Notes under the pieces: model-generated
What the model was told of the DNA's origin: nothing
What the model saw: the letters and a program-made list of their open reading frames with translations, nothing else
Database searches by the model: none
Program-made: the position numbers and the translations under genes
Source: Fibrobacterales bacterium
GTDB taxonomy: Bacteria > Fibrobacterota > Fibrobacteria > Fibrobacterales > JAOPTW01
Direction: 5' to 3'
Assembly: GCA_051532035.1 (NCBI GenBank)
Contig: JAOPTW010000104.1
Span: 1-19,331 of the forward strand
DNA: 19,331 bases
Part shown: in pieces, positions 1 through 8,509 of the stretch
How the letters are laid out: each line of letters opens with the position of its first letter
Position numbering within the stretch: position 1 is the first letter of the stretch

Positions 1-3000
1 TCTGATTTTGATCCACCAAGGTCAGCGATAAGTACTCTTTTGGTAAAGGTTGCATTGTCTTGACCATTTTCATACCAAACATATTGCGATACACCAAGAT
101 CATTGTCACGCTCGTTTCCAACGAAATCTAAAAACCCATCATTATTGTAATCTAAAATTTGCATATCAGCAGATGAGCCAGTGAAATATTGGTGTTCAAC
201 AAAATTACCAGAACCATCATTTATGAAAATATCTATAAGTGGATCTGTATAAAAGTCACTTTTAGCAGTTAGATCGAGGTCGCCGTCGTTATCAAAGTCC
301 ATGAGCTTAATATTATTGAGCATATTAGGACCATTGAGATCATGACGAGTGAAATTAAAATTGCCATCATTCTCAAGCCAAAACAGTTCATTACCATGCC
401 CCCTGTAACCTGTCTGAGTAATGATATCCATATCACCATCACCATCTATGTCACCAGCATCCATACCGTAGTACATACCCATAAATTCATCAAGGATTTT
501 GTGTTCAACCCAACGACCATCACATACATCAGTATTTTCAACCCAATAGAGTGTTGCATAATCTAATTTTCTGTAAGGATCTTCCCAGTTAGATGATGCG
601 AGAAAATCAAGATCACCGTCTTGATCCATATCAACAAGGGTAAATCCACCATCACTACTATCAAGTCCATTTGCAGGGCTAAAAGTAAAATTTGGTTGTG
701 TTGGGTTCGTAACAGTTCCCCAATTGAGATCTGTTTCTACAGGAGTAAAAAAGTTATCCGCTTCGATCGTTAGAGTTACCGGTATTGTTGATACTTTATT
801 ACCTACAGCATTGTGACTCACCGTTATCGATGCATTATACACACCACCCAACAGATTTGCACTCGCAAGAGTTACCTGAATTGTCTCTGCATCACCAGAA
901 GCAACGGTAAATTCTTGTGTCGGAAATGAAAGCCATGTGTTTTTATCTGCAAAGGCATCATTCAGAGTAAAGATAAGATCACGTGCACCAGGGTTTGAAA
1001 TAACAACGGGTATATGAGATGTTTGTTCACCTTCAAGTACCTCAGAAACTTCAACTGGATTGATAACGACTTGTGGCCCAAAGAGTCCTGTTCCAATAAG
1101 TTCTGCTGTTATCTCTGATGCATTCTCTGCATCACTGAGAATAACAAGCTCATTGAGGTAATTTGTTTCGTCGAGTGGTGCAAAGGTTACGGGGATAGTA
1201 ATTGATGAGCGTGCGCCAATAACCAAAGGTGCCGCAATATTTGGAGTAAATTCTGAAGTGGTAGCCATGATACTACTTATTGATGTCGCAGCATTACAGG
1301 TATTAGATATTCTGATTGTTTGCATGCTGAAATCGCCAACCCATGTATCAGGGAAGGTAACGCTTTGAGCGTCAAAATCAAGGGTACGACATTCAAGAAC
1401 GTTCATGGTTATAGGAAGTGTATGGACTGTTTCAGCACCATCATTGGTAGTGAAGTCGAGAACAGAAGTCCATGCGCCTGCATCTAATTCATTTGCATCA
1501 AAGGTCATAGAAAGTGTTATGCTTTCACCTGGAGCGAGAGTTCCATTGCCATTATCAGTAATAGTTACCCATTTAGGGCTTGTATTAATAAGCGATGTAT
1601 GTGCATTTAATCTTCCACCGGTAACGGTAAGCCCAGCAAAAGCATCAAGAGGGTCAACTGAAGAAAGTAATATATTTTTTACTTCTATTGCAGTCAATGT
1701 TGGACTTATGGATTTAATGAGACCTGCGACACCACTTACGTGAGGAGTTGCCATTGAAGTCCCATTAAACGATCCATAGGTATTATTGCGAAGTGAACTA
1801 TATATAGAGCTCCCTGGCGCCGCAAGGTCAACTGTAGTCAAACCCCATTGTGAAAAATCGGAGCGATGATCATAGCGGTCAGAAGCTGCAACAGAAATGA
1901 TATTATCTAAATCGTAACTTGAAGGATAGTGTGGGAACAGGTCGTTATCTACATTATCATTACCTGCAGCTGCAACAAAAAGAGGGCCGGCTGCGATTGC
2001 TTCTTCAAGTGCTGGCGCATATCCACCGCCACCCCAAGAGTTATTCGTTAATGCTGCCCCCATATCAGTTGCGTAGTTAATTGCTGCGATTGCGCCTTCA
2101 AGTGATCCTTCATTGTCTTTACTAATGAATTTCAGTGCCATGATTTTAGCTTTCCACATAACACCAGCAACACCAATATTGTTATTAGCTTTCCCTGCAA
2201 TAGTACCCGATACGTGAGTACCGTGATTGTGGTCATCCATAGGATCAGCATCGTTATTGTAGAAATCATATCCATTGATATCATCAATGTATCCATTGCC
2301 ATCATCATCAATGCCATTATCTGGAATTTCATTTACATTGACCCACATGTTATCTTTGAGATCAGGATGGAGGTAATCAACACCAGAATCGATTACACCG
2401 ATAATTACATTTTCACTTCCAGTGGAAATATCCCACGCTTCTACAGCGCTAATATCGGCACCTGGTATTCCACCAAGTTGCCCAGTATTATGCATACCCC
2501 ATAGATTGTCAAAACTCTCATCGTTAGGAGTTGCGTTGAGTGATACCTTCCAGTCTGGATGTACGTAATTTACTTGTGGATCTTTCGAAAGCTCTTTGAG
2601 CGCTTTCTTAAGTGCTTGTTTACTTTTGTCTTCGAGCGTGATTACGTAGGATTTCTTTGAAATACCACTGAATGCTTTAAACGCTTTGTTCTTCTTTTTG
2701 TTAATCTCTTTACTTTTCTTAATCTTGTACTTTGAAAGTACCGCAGGAAGAGATGATGATGCTCTATAACCTGCAAACTCATTGATCGAGACAAAAAAGC
2801 GGCCTTCTACATATTCTTTACCATCCAAATAGTCTTCGGTAATCTCTGGTTTAGGAACAGAAAGTGCCGCTGTGGCCTGTGCTTGGCTCGCTGGTCTGGT
2901 CAGTTGACGTGCGCGATATGAATAGCTCACCGTCTTGTCGGTTGTATTGGTAAATGTAGTGGTTTTGTCTATGGGTGCATCAAGTGGTGAGAGTGTCCCC

Positions 3001-3095
3001 TCTATTGATGTAGGGCTAAAGCCAGAAGCAAAAACACTGAGTGCGGTAAAAAGCGAGAATGTAGACGCCTTCTTAATGGTTGATTTGATTTTCAA
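1..3095 (-). CDS. Secreted S8 subtilisin-like serine protease with propeptide, Ig-like domains and FG-GAP/VCBS repeats; 3' end runs off the window
   Basis: Manual translation, absent from the ORF track because it has no stop in the window. TTG start at 3095 with AGGAG RBS (3101-3105). N-terminus MKIKSTIKKASTFSLFTALSVFA is signal-like. Catalytic motifs: GVIDSGVD (Asp 2388-2390), HGTHVSG (His 2223-2225), AAAGN, GTSMATPHV (Ser 1755-1757). It has the DDDGNGYIDDINGYDF insert. C-terminal repeats: DMDQDGDLD, DIDGDGDMD, DFDNDGDLD, DYNNDGFLD. Confidence 0.93.
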   Translation of the reverse strand, partial: MKIKSTIKKASTFSLFTALSVFASGFSPTSIEGTLSPLDAPIDKTTTFTNTTDKTVSYSYRARQLTRPASQAQATAALSVPKPEITEDYLDGKEYVEGRFFVSINEFAGYRASSSLPAVLSKYKIKKSKEINKKKNKAFKAFSGISKKSYVITLEDKSKQALKKALKELSKDPQVNYVHPDWKVSLNATPNDESFDNLWGMHNTGQLGGIPGADISAVEAWDISTGSENVIIGVIDSGVDYLHPDLKDNMWVNVNEIPDNGIDDDGNGYIDDINGYDFYNNDADPMDDHNHGTHVSGTIAGKANNNIGVAGVMWKAKIMALKFISKDNEGSLEGAIAAINYATDMGAALTNNSWGGGGYAPALEEAIAAGPLFVAAAGNDNVDNDLFPHYPSSYDLDNIISVAASDRYDHRSDFSQWGLTTVDLAAPGSSIYSSLRNNTYGSFNGTSMATPHVSGVAGLIKSISPTLTAIEVKNILLSSVDPLDAFAGLTVTGGRLNAHTSLINTSPKWVTITDNGNGTLAPGESITLSMTFDANELDAGAWTSVLDFTTNDGAETVHTLPITMNVLECRTLDFDAQSVTFPDTWVGDFSMQTIRISNTCNAATSISSIMATTSEFTPNIAAPLVIGARSSITIPVTFAPLDETNYLNELVILSDAENASEITAELIGTGLFGPQVVINPVEVSEVLEGEQTSHIPVVISNPGARDLIFTLNDAFADKNTWLSFPTQEFTVASGDAETIQVTLASANLLGGVYNASITVSHNAVGNKVSTIPVTLTIEADNFFTPVETDLNWGTVTNPTQPNFTFSPANGLDSSDGGFTLVDMDQDGDLDFLASSNWEDPYRKLDYATLYWVENTDVCDGRWVEHKILDEFMGMYYGMDAGDIDGDGDMDIITQTGYRGHGNELFWLENDGNFNFTRHDLNGPNMLNNIKLMDFDNDGDLDLTAKSDFYTDPLIDIFINDGSGNFVEHQYFTGSSADMQILDYNNDGFLDFVGNERDNDLGVSQYVWYENGQDNATFTKRVLIADLGGSKS

Positions 3096-3126
3096 ATTAT
3101 CTCCTATTTTTTAGGGGCATTGGATT

Positions 3127-3195
3127 GGACTCTTTAAGGTGTGGTTATTAAAGAGCCCCCAGACTTGATACCTAAACTGTCCCCGTTTGGTATCA
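3127..3195 (-). promoter_or_regulatory. Two tandem stem-loops in the putative 5' leader of the subtilase gene
   Basis: Inverted repeats CTCTTTAA(3130-3137)/TTAAAGAG(3148-3155), extendable to 11 bp with a G-U pair on the minus-strand RNA, and TGATACC-T-AAAC(3166-3177)/GTTTGGTATCA(3185-3195). Confidence 0.4.
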
Positions 3196-3561
3196 TACTG
3201 GTCTATATTTTATAGATGGCCGCAATGTAGAAAATGCAGATATTTAAAACTGGGGTACCTGGTCATTTGCCCTGTTTCAAAAATAATACCGTTCCGAATG
3301 CGTACCGAAAAATTATTATTCTTTTCACTCCTTTCACATTAGACAATATTGAGTAAGCTCTTTACTTTAAGACAACTAGATTCTAATTCATTTTGAGGGC
3401 ATTAAAGAATTAAGCCACGATAAAAAAACAAATACAGACACACTCACGGTAAGCTTGGAGTCTTTTGAGCTCTTTTAGCATCTGGGTACATTGAATAGGA
3501 TGGTTAGTTCACGGTCCGACACTTGGGCATTAAAGGCAACGATCTCTCGTTTTTCAGAGAA

Positions 3562-4305
3562 TCATAATTCAATAATTAAATAATTATCAAATCCATTTCC
3601 TGTCTCAAAGGGGTATCCTCGGGGGTTACACACAACTCTTGTATCTGTAAGCTTATAATCACAGGCGGTATGCATATGACCGTGCACCCACAGTGCTGGC
3701 TGAAATAATTGAATCTCTCTTTCAAGGTCAGATGCAAACCCTGGCGTCAACGGGTCTCCCTTATACTTTTGCGGAACTGATTTTTCTGACGGAGCATTAT
3801 GGGTTACGACTACGGTTTTAGCTGAATTACATTTAGCCAATACCTCTGTTAACCATTTTTTAGATTTATCAAATTGACACGCTACAGTTTCAGTGGTTAG
3901 GAATCTATTACTATCTGTATATATCCTTGAATAATCAAGCATACCAGAACAGCAAAATTCTTTTGACAGTACTGGATTTTGGTAGAGTGAGAAATCTGTC
4001 CACAATGTACTCCCAATAAAGGTGATACCACCTATTTCTACCTGGTTGTTTTCAAGGAGATGGATATTGGTATTTTTAGATATTCGTTTTAATTCATTCG
4101 TTAATTCAGGGAATATATAACCATAATACTCATGATTGCCAGGGACATAGATTACTGGTTTGTCTGGAATTTCTTTTATTATCCAGGGAATGGCACTAGT
4201 ACCGACATGAATATCTCCGGCAAGAATAACCACATCTGCCTGAGACGTATCTATTGAAAGTGTTTCAAACTCTAGATGAATATCACTCATAATTTGGATT
4301 TTCAT
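3562..4305 (-). CDS. Calcineurin-like metallophosphoesterase
   Basis: Motifs SDIHLE, LAGDI, PGNHEYY, VVTH, WVHGHMH and C-terminal CNPRGY; 247 aa. Confidence 0.92.
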   Translation of the reverse strand: MKIQIMSDIHLEFETLSIDTSQADVVILAGDIHVGTSAIPWIIKEIPDKPVIYVPGNHEYYGYIFPELTNELKRISKNTNIHLLENNQVEIGGITFIGSTLWTDFSLYQNPVLSKEFCCSGMLDYSRIYTDSNRFLTTETVACQFDKSKKWLTEVLAKCNSAKTVVVTHNAPSEKSVPQKYKGDPLTPGFASDLEREIQLFQPALWVHGHMHTACDYKLTDTRVVCNPRGYPFETGNGFDNYLIIEL

Positions 4306-4334
4306 TATTTAGCCTATCTATTTTAGATGTTGAA

Positions 4335-5273
4335 TTATTTACTACCCTTGCTCTTAAGCTCTTTCATAATATGCTTATCAAAATCTGATTGAAACAGTCT
4401 ATCCTGGGTTATTCTGTATTTTTCAAACTCTGATTCAGCATGTAGTTTAACTTCCAAAGCAGAGGTCTTGCCAGCATCATTAAGCACATCTCTATCTGTA
4501 AACTCTATAAAACTATCCAAACGTGTTGCCCAGTCTTCCATAGTCATAGGTATATTTCTTAGAGCACGTTCTTCTGCCAGTTCCAAATAGGCATTCACAA
4601 TTCTGCCTAACGTTTGAATTTCATCTTTACTTAAATAATTCTTAGCTGTTGACACATCATTCTTTAATATTTTACCTTCAGGTGCTCTATCCCATGAAGT
4701 CAAACCCATTTTGTCTTTTTTACTATCTGCCCTATTATAGATAACTTCGGCTGCTGTATTTCCGTGTATTGCAAAATGAAGTTTATTCTGAACTTTAGCG
4801 AAAAATTCATTCGTTGTCCCCGAATCTTTATCATAGTCTACACTTGTAGTATAAATGTCAGTTACCTTCTGATATAACTGTCTTTCACTGAGGCGGATCT
4901 CACGAATCTCTTCAAGCAGGTTATCAAAATAGTTTTTGCCTAAAAAGCTGCCATTTTCAAGGCGCTTGTTATCTAAAACGTACCCTTTAATAGCAAATTC
5001 ACTTAAAACGGAGGTCGCCCATCTCCTAAATTGAGTTGCCTTTTTAGAATTAACTCTATAACCTATAGATATTATAGCATCCAAATTATAGAAATTTGTT
5101 TGGTACTCTTTTCCATCAGTAGCAGTTGTCCGGAAATTCCGGACTGCTGAATCTTGTTCTAATTCGTTTTCCTTGAAAATATTTGACAGGTGCTCTGAAA
5201 TGGTCTTTTTACTTTTTCCAAACAGCTCACCAATGAGTTTCTGGGTTAGCCATACCGTATCTTCAAATAGCAC
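4335..5273 (-). CDS. rhuM: RhuM-family (virulence protein RhuM-like) DNA-binding protein, probably 5'-truncated
   Basis: Family motifs VWLTQKLIGELF, TISEHLSNIF, YNLDAIISIGYRVNS, ATQFRRWAT, EIREIRLSER, VQNKLHFAIHGNTAAEVI, AKNYL. The GTG start has no RBS, follows an in-frame TAA, and opens only a few residues before the WLTQ motif, so the usual short N-terminal segment seems lost. Confidence 0.85.
   Translation of the reverse strand: MLFEDTVWLTQKLIGELFGKSKKTISEHLSNIFKENELEQDSAVRNFRTTATDGKEYQTNFYNLDAIISIGYRVNSKKATQFRRWATSVLSEFAIKGYVLDNKRLENGSFLGKNYFDNLLEEIREIRLSERQLYQKVTDIYTTSVDYDKDSGTTNEFFAKVQNKLHFAIHGNTAAEVIYNRADSKKDKMGLTSWDRAPEGKILKNDVSTAKNYLSKDEIQTLGRIVNAYLELAEERALRNIPMTMEDWATRLDSFIEFTDRDVLNDAGKTSALEVKLHAESEFEKYRITQDRLFQSDFDKHIMKELKSKGSK
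5121..5148. repeat. In-frame palindrome within rhuM (encodes AVRNFRTTA)
   Basis: GTCCGGAA-A-TTCCGGAC (5128-5144) is perfect. It extends to AGCAGT...ACTGCT (5121-5148) with a 3-nt bulge. Confidence 0.8.
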
Positions 5274-5330
5274 TTAAACACAAAGCAGGTATTGGTGCAC
5301 GGATGCGCAATGGATAAAATACAGTTTATT

Positions 5331-5355
5331 TTGAAGTCGCATTTTGCGACTTCAA
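5331..5355. repeat. Orphan perfect palindrome, sister of the ORF6N-internal palindrome
   Basis: TTGAAGTCGCA-TTT-TGCGACTTCAA, 11-bp arms. The minus strand reads L-K-S-Q-N-A-T-S-K-stop. Confidence 0.9.
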
Positions 5356-5357
5356 GT

Positions 5358-6444
5358 CACCACCTGAGCAAAGTCCTTAGGCTTCTGAGGATCACCAAGG
5401 AGTTGCATCATCAAAGTCTACTATCTGAGACATGAACTCGAAATACCGAACATAGGTTCCCAGTTCCTTTCGAAAAACCTCGAGTTCATCCTTTTCGGCC
5501 TTCACTTCTTTCAGGTCATTTTCTGCATTGGTGAGTAACACAGGGTCGTTGAACTTCTTTGTACGTTCAAGAGTGTCTCTTTTAGCATTATAAGCATCAC
5601 GGGCCGCTACAAAGCGAACCTTCCATCGTTCTAGTGCTGGTTTACAGATATTGGCTAGAGCGGCGTTGCTTTTGCTGTTTTGCATGAAGGCATCATAGAA
5701 CTGGGTCACCTCCTGCCAATTAAATATCCCTGCCCCTCTGAGCTTTTCAAAGAGGGTGTATACCATATTAGGGTCAGATACTTCTGAGAGAGCCGCAGTC
5801 TGGAAGAATGGTTGAAATGCTTCGAGTACCTCATCTGGCTCATTAAAGAAGTCGAGTACATAGGTTTCGGTGAATTTTTCTCCGAGGAGCCCTTCGCTGT
5901 TAGGGTCTTTCTCGCTGCACTCTACTTCACCTGAGAAGGCGATCATTGCGTGGATTTTCTCATACCCCTGTTCTACGATATATTTATCAAAATTCTTTTT
6001 ATAGCGGACTGCCTCTTTACGAGAGCTGGTTACCACCATGGCTTTTGCCTGACCACCGAGCATGCCCATCACATGGTTCTTATAGTGCTCTATTATCACC
6101 TGCACCTTTTGGGCTATATTATAGTCATGGAGTCATGCCCATTTGGTGAGTTTTGCCTTTGCCTCTTTGGAATCGACCTCTTTGTCACTCCCTTCCATCT
6201 TGAAGGCAAGGTTATACGCCACCTTATAATTGGTATAGCGTTTGAGTACATCAAGGATAAATCCCTCTTCGATAGCTTGGCGCATGGTATATACATGATA
6301 CGCCATGGGTTTATTGGTATCGGAGGGTTGTTCTGCCAGATTGGGGCATCTTCCAAACAGTTCGAGTGTTTTTGGTTTGGGAGTTGCGGTAAAGGCGAAG
6401 TAGCTGAGGTTGTTGCTTTTCTCTTTTGCTACCGTCGCATCGAG
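5358..6444 (-). pseudogene. hsdR: Type I restriction-modification R subunit remnant, copy 1 (5'-truncated, internal stop, internal deletions)
   Basis: Reads LDATV...LSYFAFTATPKPKTLELFG...YTMRQAIEEGFILDVLK..., then in-frame TGA at 6133-6135, then LHDYNIAQKVQVIIEH...AKAMVVTSSRKEAVRYK...IAFSGEV. FTET is joined directly to YVLDFFN (~5865), lacking the expected TGFDQP/QTLSRLNR helicase motifs. After DFDD it jumps out of frame to the C-terminal QLLGDPQKPKDFAQVV. Confidence 0.88.
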
Positions 6445-6659
6445 CTAAGGATGGGGCGTTTGAGATTCGGCGGTTTTTTATTAAGAATTAGAAAAGTAGC
6501 GCACTAAATCCGTGATCCAACACGCCCTCGGTTGTTCAAGACTTACGTCCATTTGTACTGATACGGACTGGTCCAACTATTTAAACGGTTAGGAACATGT
6601 TTATGTCGCCAAGCAGTACTACATTCATTTTCTTTGCGATGCCCCCACCCCAATAAAAA

Positions 6660-8267
6660 TTATTCAACCACCGTATCTTTTAAACACCTAACTGAGCCAC
6701 CAAATTCTTTGGTCCCCTCAAAAAATTCCTCAAGCCAATTTAGTTCATCAGGAATAGCAAAAGTAATAACACCATTACCATTTTCGGTAGAAGTAATCCA
6801 ATCAGTAGTCCAACCAAGATAATCAAACTCACCTGTGTAATTGACAAAATTACCTGCAGGTAAGGCACTAAAACCAAATAGATCGCCCTCTGTGCTTTCA
6901 GTTCTCCATAACTCTGTTGCTTTTAGTTTTTCACCGACCTCTAACCACTTTTTAGAATATGAATTTTCCTCAAAACTTGGGTTTTTCACAACAAAATTTA
7001 AAAGTATATAAGACTCTTCTGCACTTGCTATATGCCATCCCAATGGACACAATCCTTGGTGTTGTTCAACTTCGCCATACTCTTCAGTATTGTACTTAGA
7101 ATCAATATCCATTAATGTTGCCCAGGTATAGAGTCGACCGTAAATATCGCAATTCTCATTATCACTGTGATCATTATAATCAATTTCCACCCCATCACCT
7201 TTGTGACAGTACCCTAATTGATAGGTTTTGTTTTCTAAATCATCGTGTCCTGAGTAATTAAGGTTTTGTGACATCCAAACCTGATCACCAATACGCTCCC
7301 ACTGATACAAAGCACCATCACGTTCATCAATAATTTCACCTGCATTAGCTGCCTCATCTAAAAACCCAGCTTCTTTCATTTGTACAATAGTAGCACCGCT
7401 ATGATACACATCACCTGCAGACGCTCCTACTTGAAAGAGATACTCCAGTGAGACATTGTCTAAATCAAAAGCTGTATTTGTTACGTTCCATTTTCCATCT
7501 ATTTTTTCGAAAGAGACCAAAACATCTAGGTCTAAATATTTATTGCCGTCATAGCCTAAATTTACATCGGGAATACCTGAACCAGAGAGTAGGAGTGGGT
7601 CACCGTCAATATATCGGTCCTCTTTAAGAGTTACTGAACTTCCATTTTCACAACCGAGAGTGTGAGTGCCATTTCCATTATCAATAATCATACATGAGGA
7701 ACCATCCTCAGCTTGATAAAGAGTATCAATCACCACTGAACCACAGACAACCTCTATCCCTTCTTCAATTGAATTTGCGCTACAAGACTCTCCATCCTTC
7801 CCTGAAGTGCCTTGATCACCTTCTGCACCTTTTCCGCCTAGATCACCTTTTTCACCGGCATCACCCCTTTCTCCGGCATCACCTCTTTCACCGGCATCAC
7901 CCTTTTCACCGGAATCACCTTTTTCACCGGAATCACCTTTTTCACCGGCAATATCAACGGAAACAAAACCTGAAATTGTGCACACCTGAAATTGATCAGT
8001 TTCAATAATAAAAAATAGGTGTCCTACCACAGTGGTTTCACATACAGGTAATTCAGCTATAGTGGTAACTAATTTTGCACTCATTAACGGATCAGTATCC
8101 GTATGTAATTGTACTGCACTACTTCCATCTTGAAGTGTACTACTTGAAGACTCTGCCCCTCCTATCATCACCTCAGCTGGTTTAGAATTATTATTTGAAT
8201 CAAAAAGGTCACATGCAGAAATCTGCACAAACATAACCGCTGCTACTAAAAGTTTAAAATATTTCAT
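6660..8267 (-). CDS. Lipoprotein with collagen-like Gly-X-Y stalk and C-terminal FISUMP (Fib_succ_major) domain
   Basis: Probable ATG start at 8267 with GAGGG RBS (ORF track starts at TTG 8279). Signal peptide with lipobox ISA-C. Collagen repeats GEKGDS/GERGDA. FISUMP motifs DERDG..Y, IGDQVWMSQNLNY, YGRLYTW, GLCPLGWHI, FGFSALPAG, SVRCLKD. Confidence 0.9.
   Translation of the reverse strand: MKYFKLLVAAVMFVQISACDLFDSNNNSKPAEVMIGGAESSSSTLQDGSSAVQLHTDTDPLMSAKLVTTIAELPVCETTVVGHLFFIIETDQFQVCTISGFVSVDIAGEKGDSGEKGDSGEKGDAGERGDAGERGDAGEKGDLGGKGAEGDQGTSGKDGESCSANSIEEGIEVVCGSVVIDTLYQAEDGSSCMIIDNGNGTHTLGCENGSSVTLKEDRYIDGDPLLLSGSGIPDVNLGYDGNKYLDLDVLVSFEKIDGKWNVTNTAFDLDNVSLEYLFQVGASAGDVYHSGATIVQMKEAGFLDEAANAGEIIDERDGALYQWERIGDQVWMSQNLNYSGHDDLENKTYQLGYCHKGDGVEIDYNDHSDNENCDIYGRLYTWATLMDIDSKYNTEEYGEVEQHQGLCPLGWHIASAEESYILLNFVVKNPSFEENSYSKKWLEVGEKLKATELWRTESTEGDLFGFSALPAGNFVNYTGEFDYLGWTTDWITSTENGNGVITFAIPDELNWLEEFFEGTKEFGGSVRCLKDTVVE
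7843..7950 (-). repeat. Six tandem 18-bp units encoding collagen-like G(E)(K/R)GD(S/A) hexapeptides
   Basis: Plus-strand unit approximately TCACCTTTTTCACCGG(C/A)A, repeated six times. Confidence 0.9.
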
Positions 8268-8509
8268 AATTACCCTCAATCTATCTTGAATAAAATTACC
8301 AAAATCAAACTAATCTTACGTTATTGTAAACTGTGTTTTTACGACTTCTTTGGAAGTATTGTGTTAAAAAACTCAAAACTAGCGACAAACGATATGGTAT
8401 GCTCATTTTTAACAGATGTAATGAATGGGAGAATATGATTAGTTGTTTATTACATCCGCAGCTTTATTATCTCCGGGTTTCGCCCGAGAGGGTTTACTCT
8501 CTTGGTCAA

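Noticed and set aside
342..2504. Track ORFs 342-566, 1405-1743, 2132-2332, 2214-2504
   Set aside because: Antisense or off-frame shadows of the subtilase gene.
3255..3276. ACAGGGCAAA on the minus strand, resembling the start of a c-di-GMP-I riboswitch
   Set aside because: No GAAA-capped stem and no GACGCAAAGC follow.
3397..3535. 11-bp direct repeat GGGCATTAAAG (3397-3407, 3525-3535)
   Set aside because: Only two short copies and no element between them.
5946..6507. Track ORFs 5946-6149, 5950-6507, 6114-6356
   Set aside because: Shadows of the hsdR pseudogene frame.
6445..6659. Possible attC site or terminator (TCCTAAC...GTTGGAT; GGCGGTTTTTT)
   Set aside because: Arms do not pair convincingly, the terminator-like tract lacks its partner arm, and no integron integrase is present.
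6660..6900. FISUMP C-terminus as a diversity-generating retroelement target
   Set aside because: No template repeat and no reverse transcriptase in the window.
7843..7950. Tandem repeats as a CRISPR array
   Set aside because: No spacers; these are in-frame 18-bp coding repeats.
7694..8008. His-rich repetitive plus-strand ORF
   Set aside because: Antisense reading of the collagen repeats.
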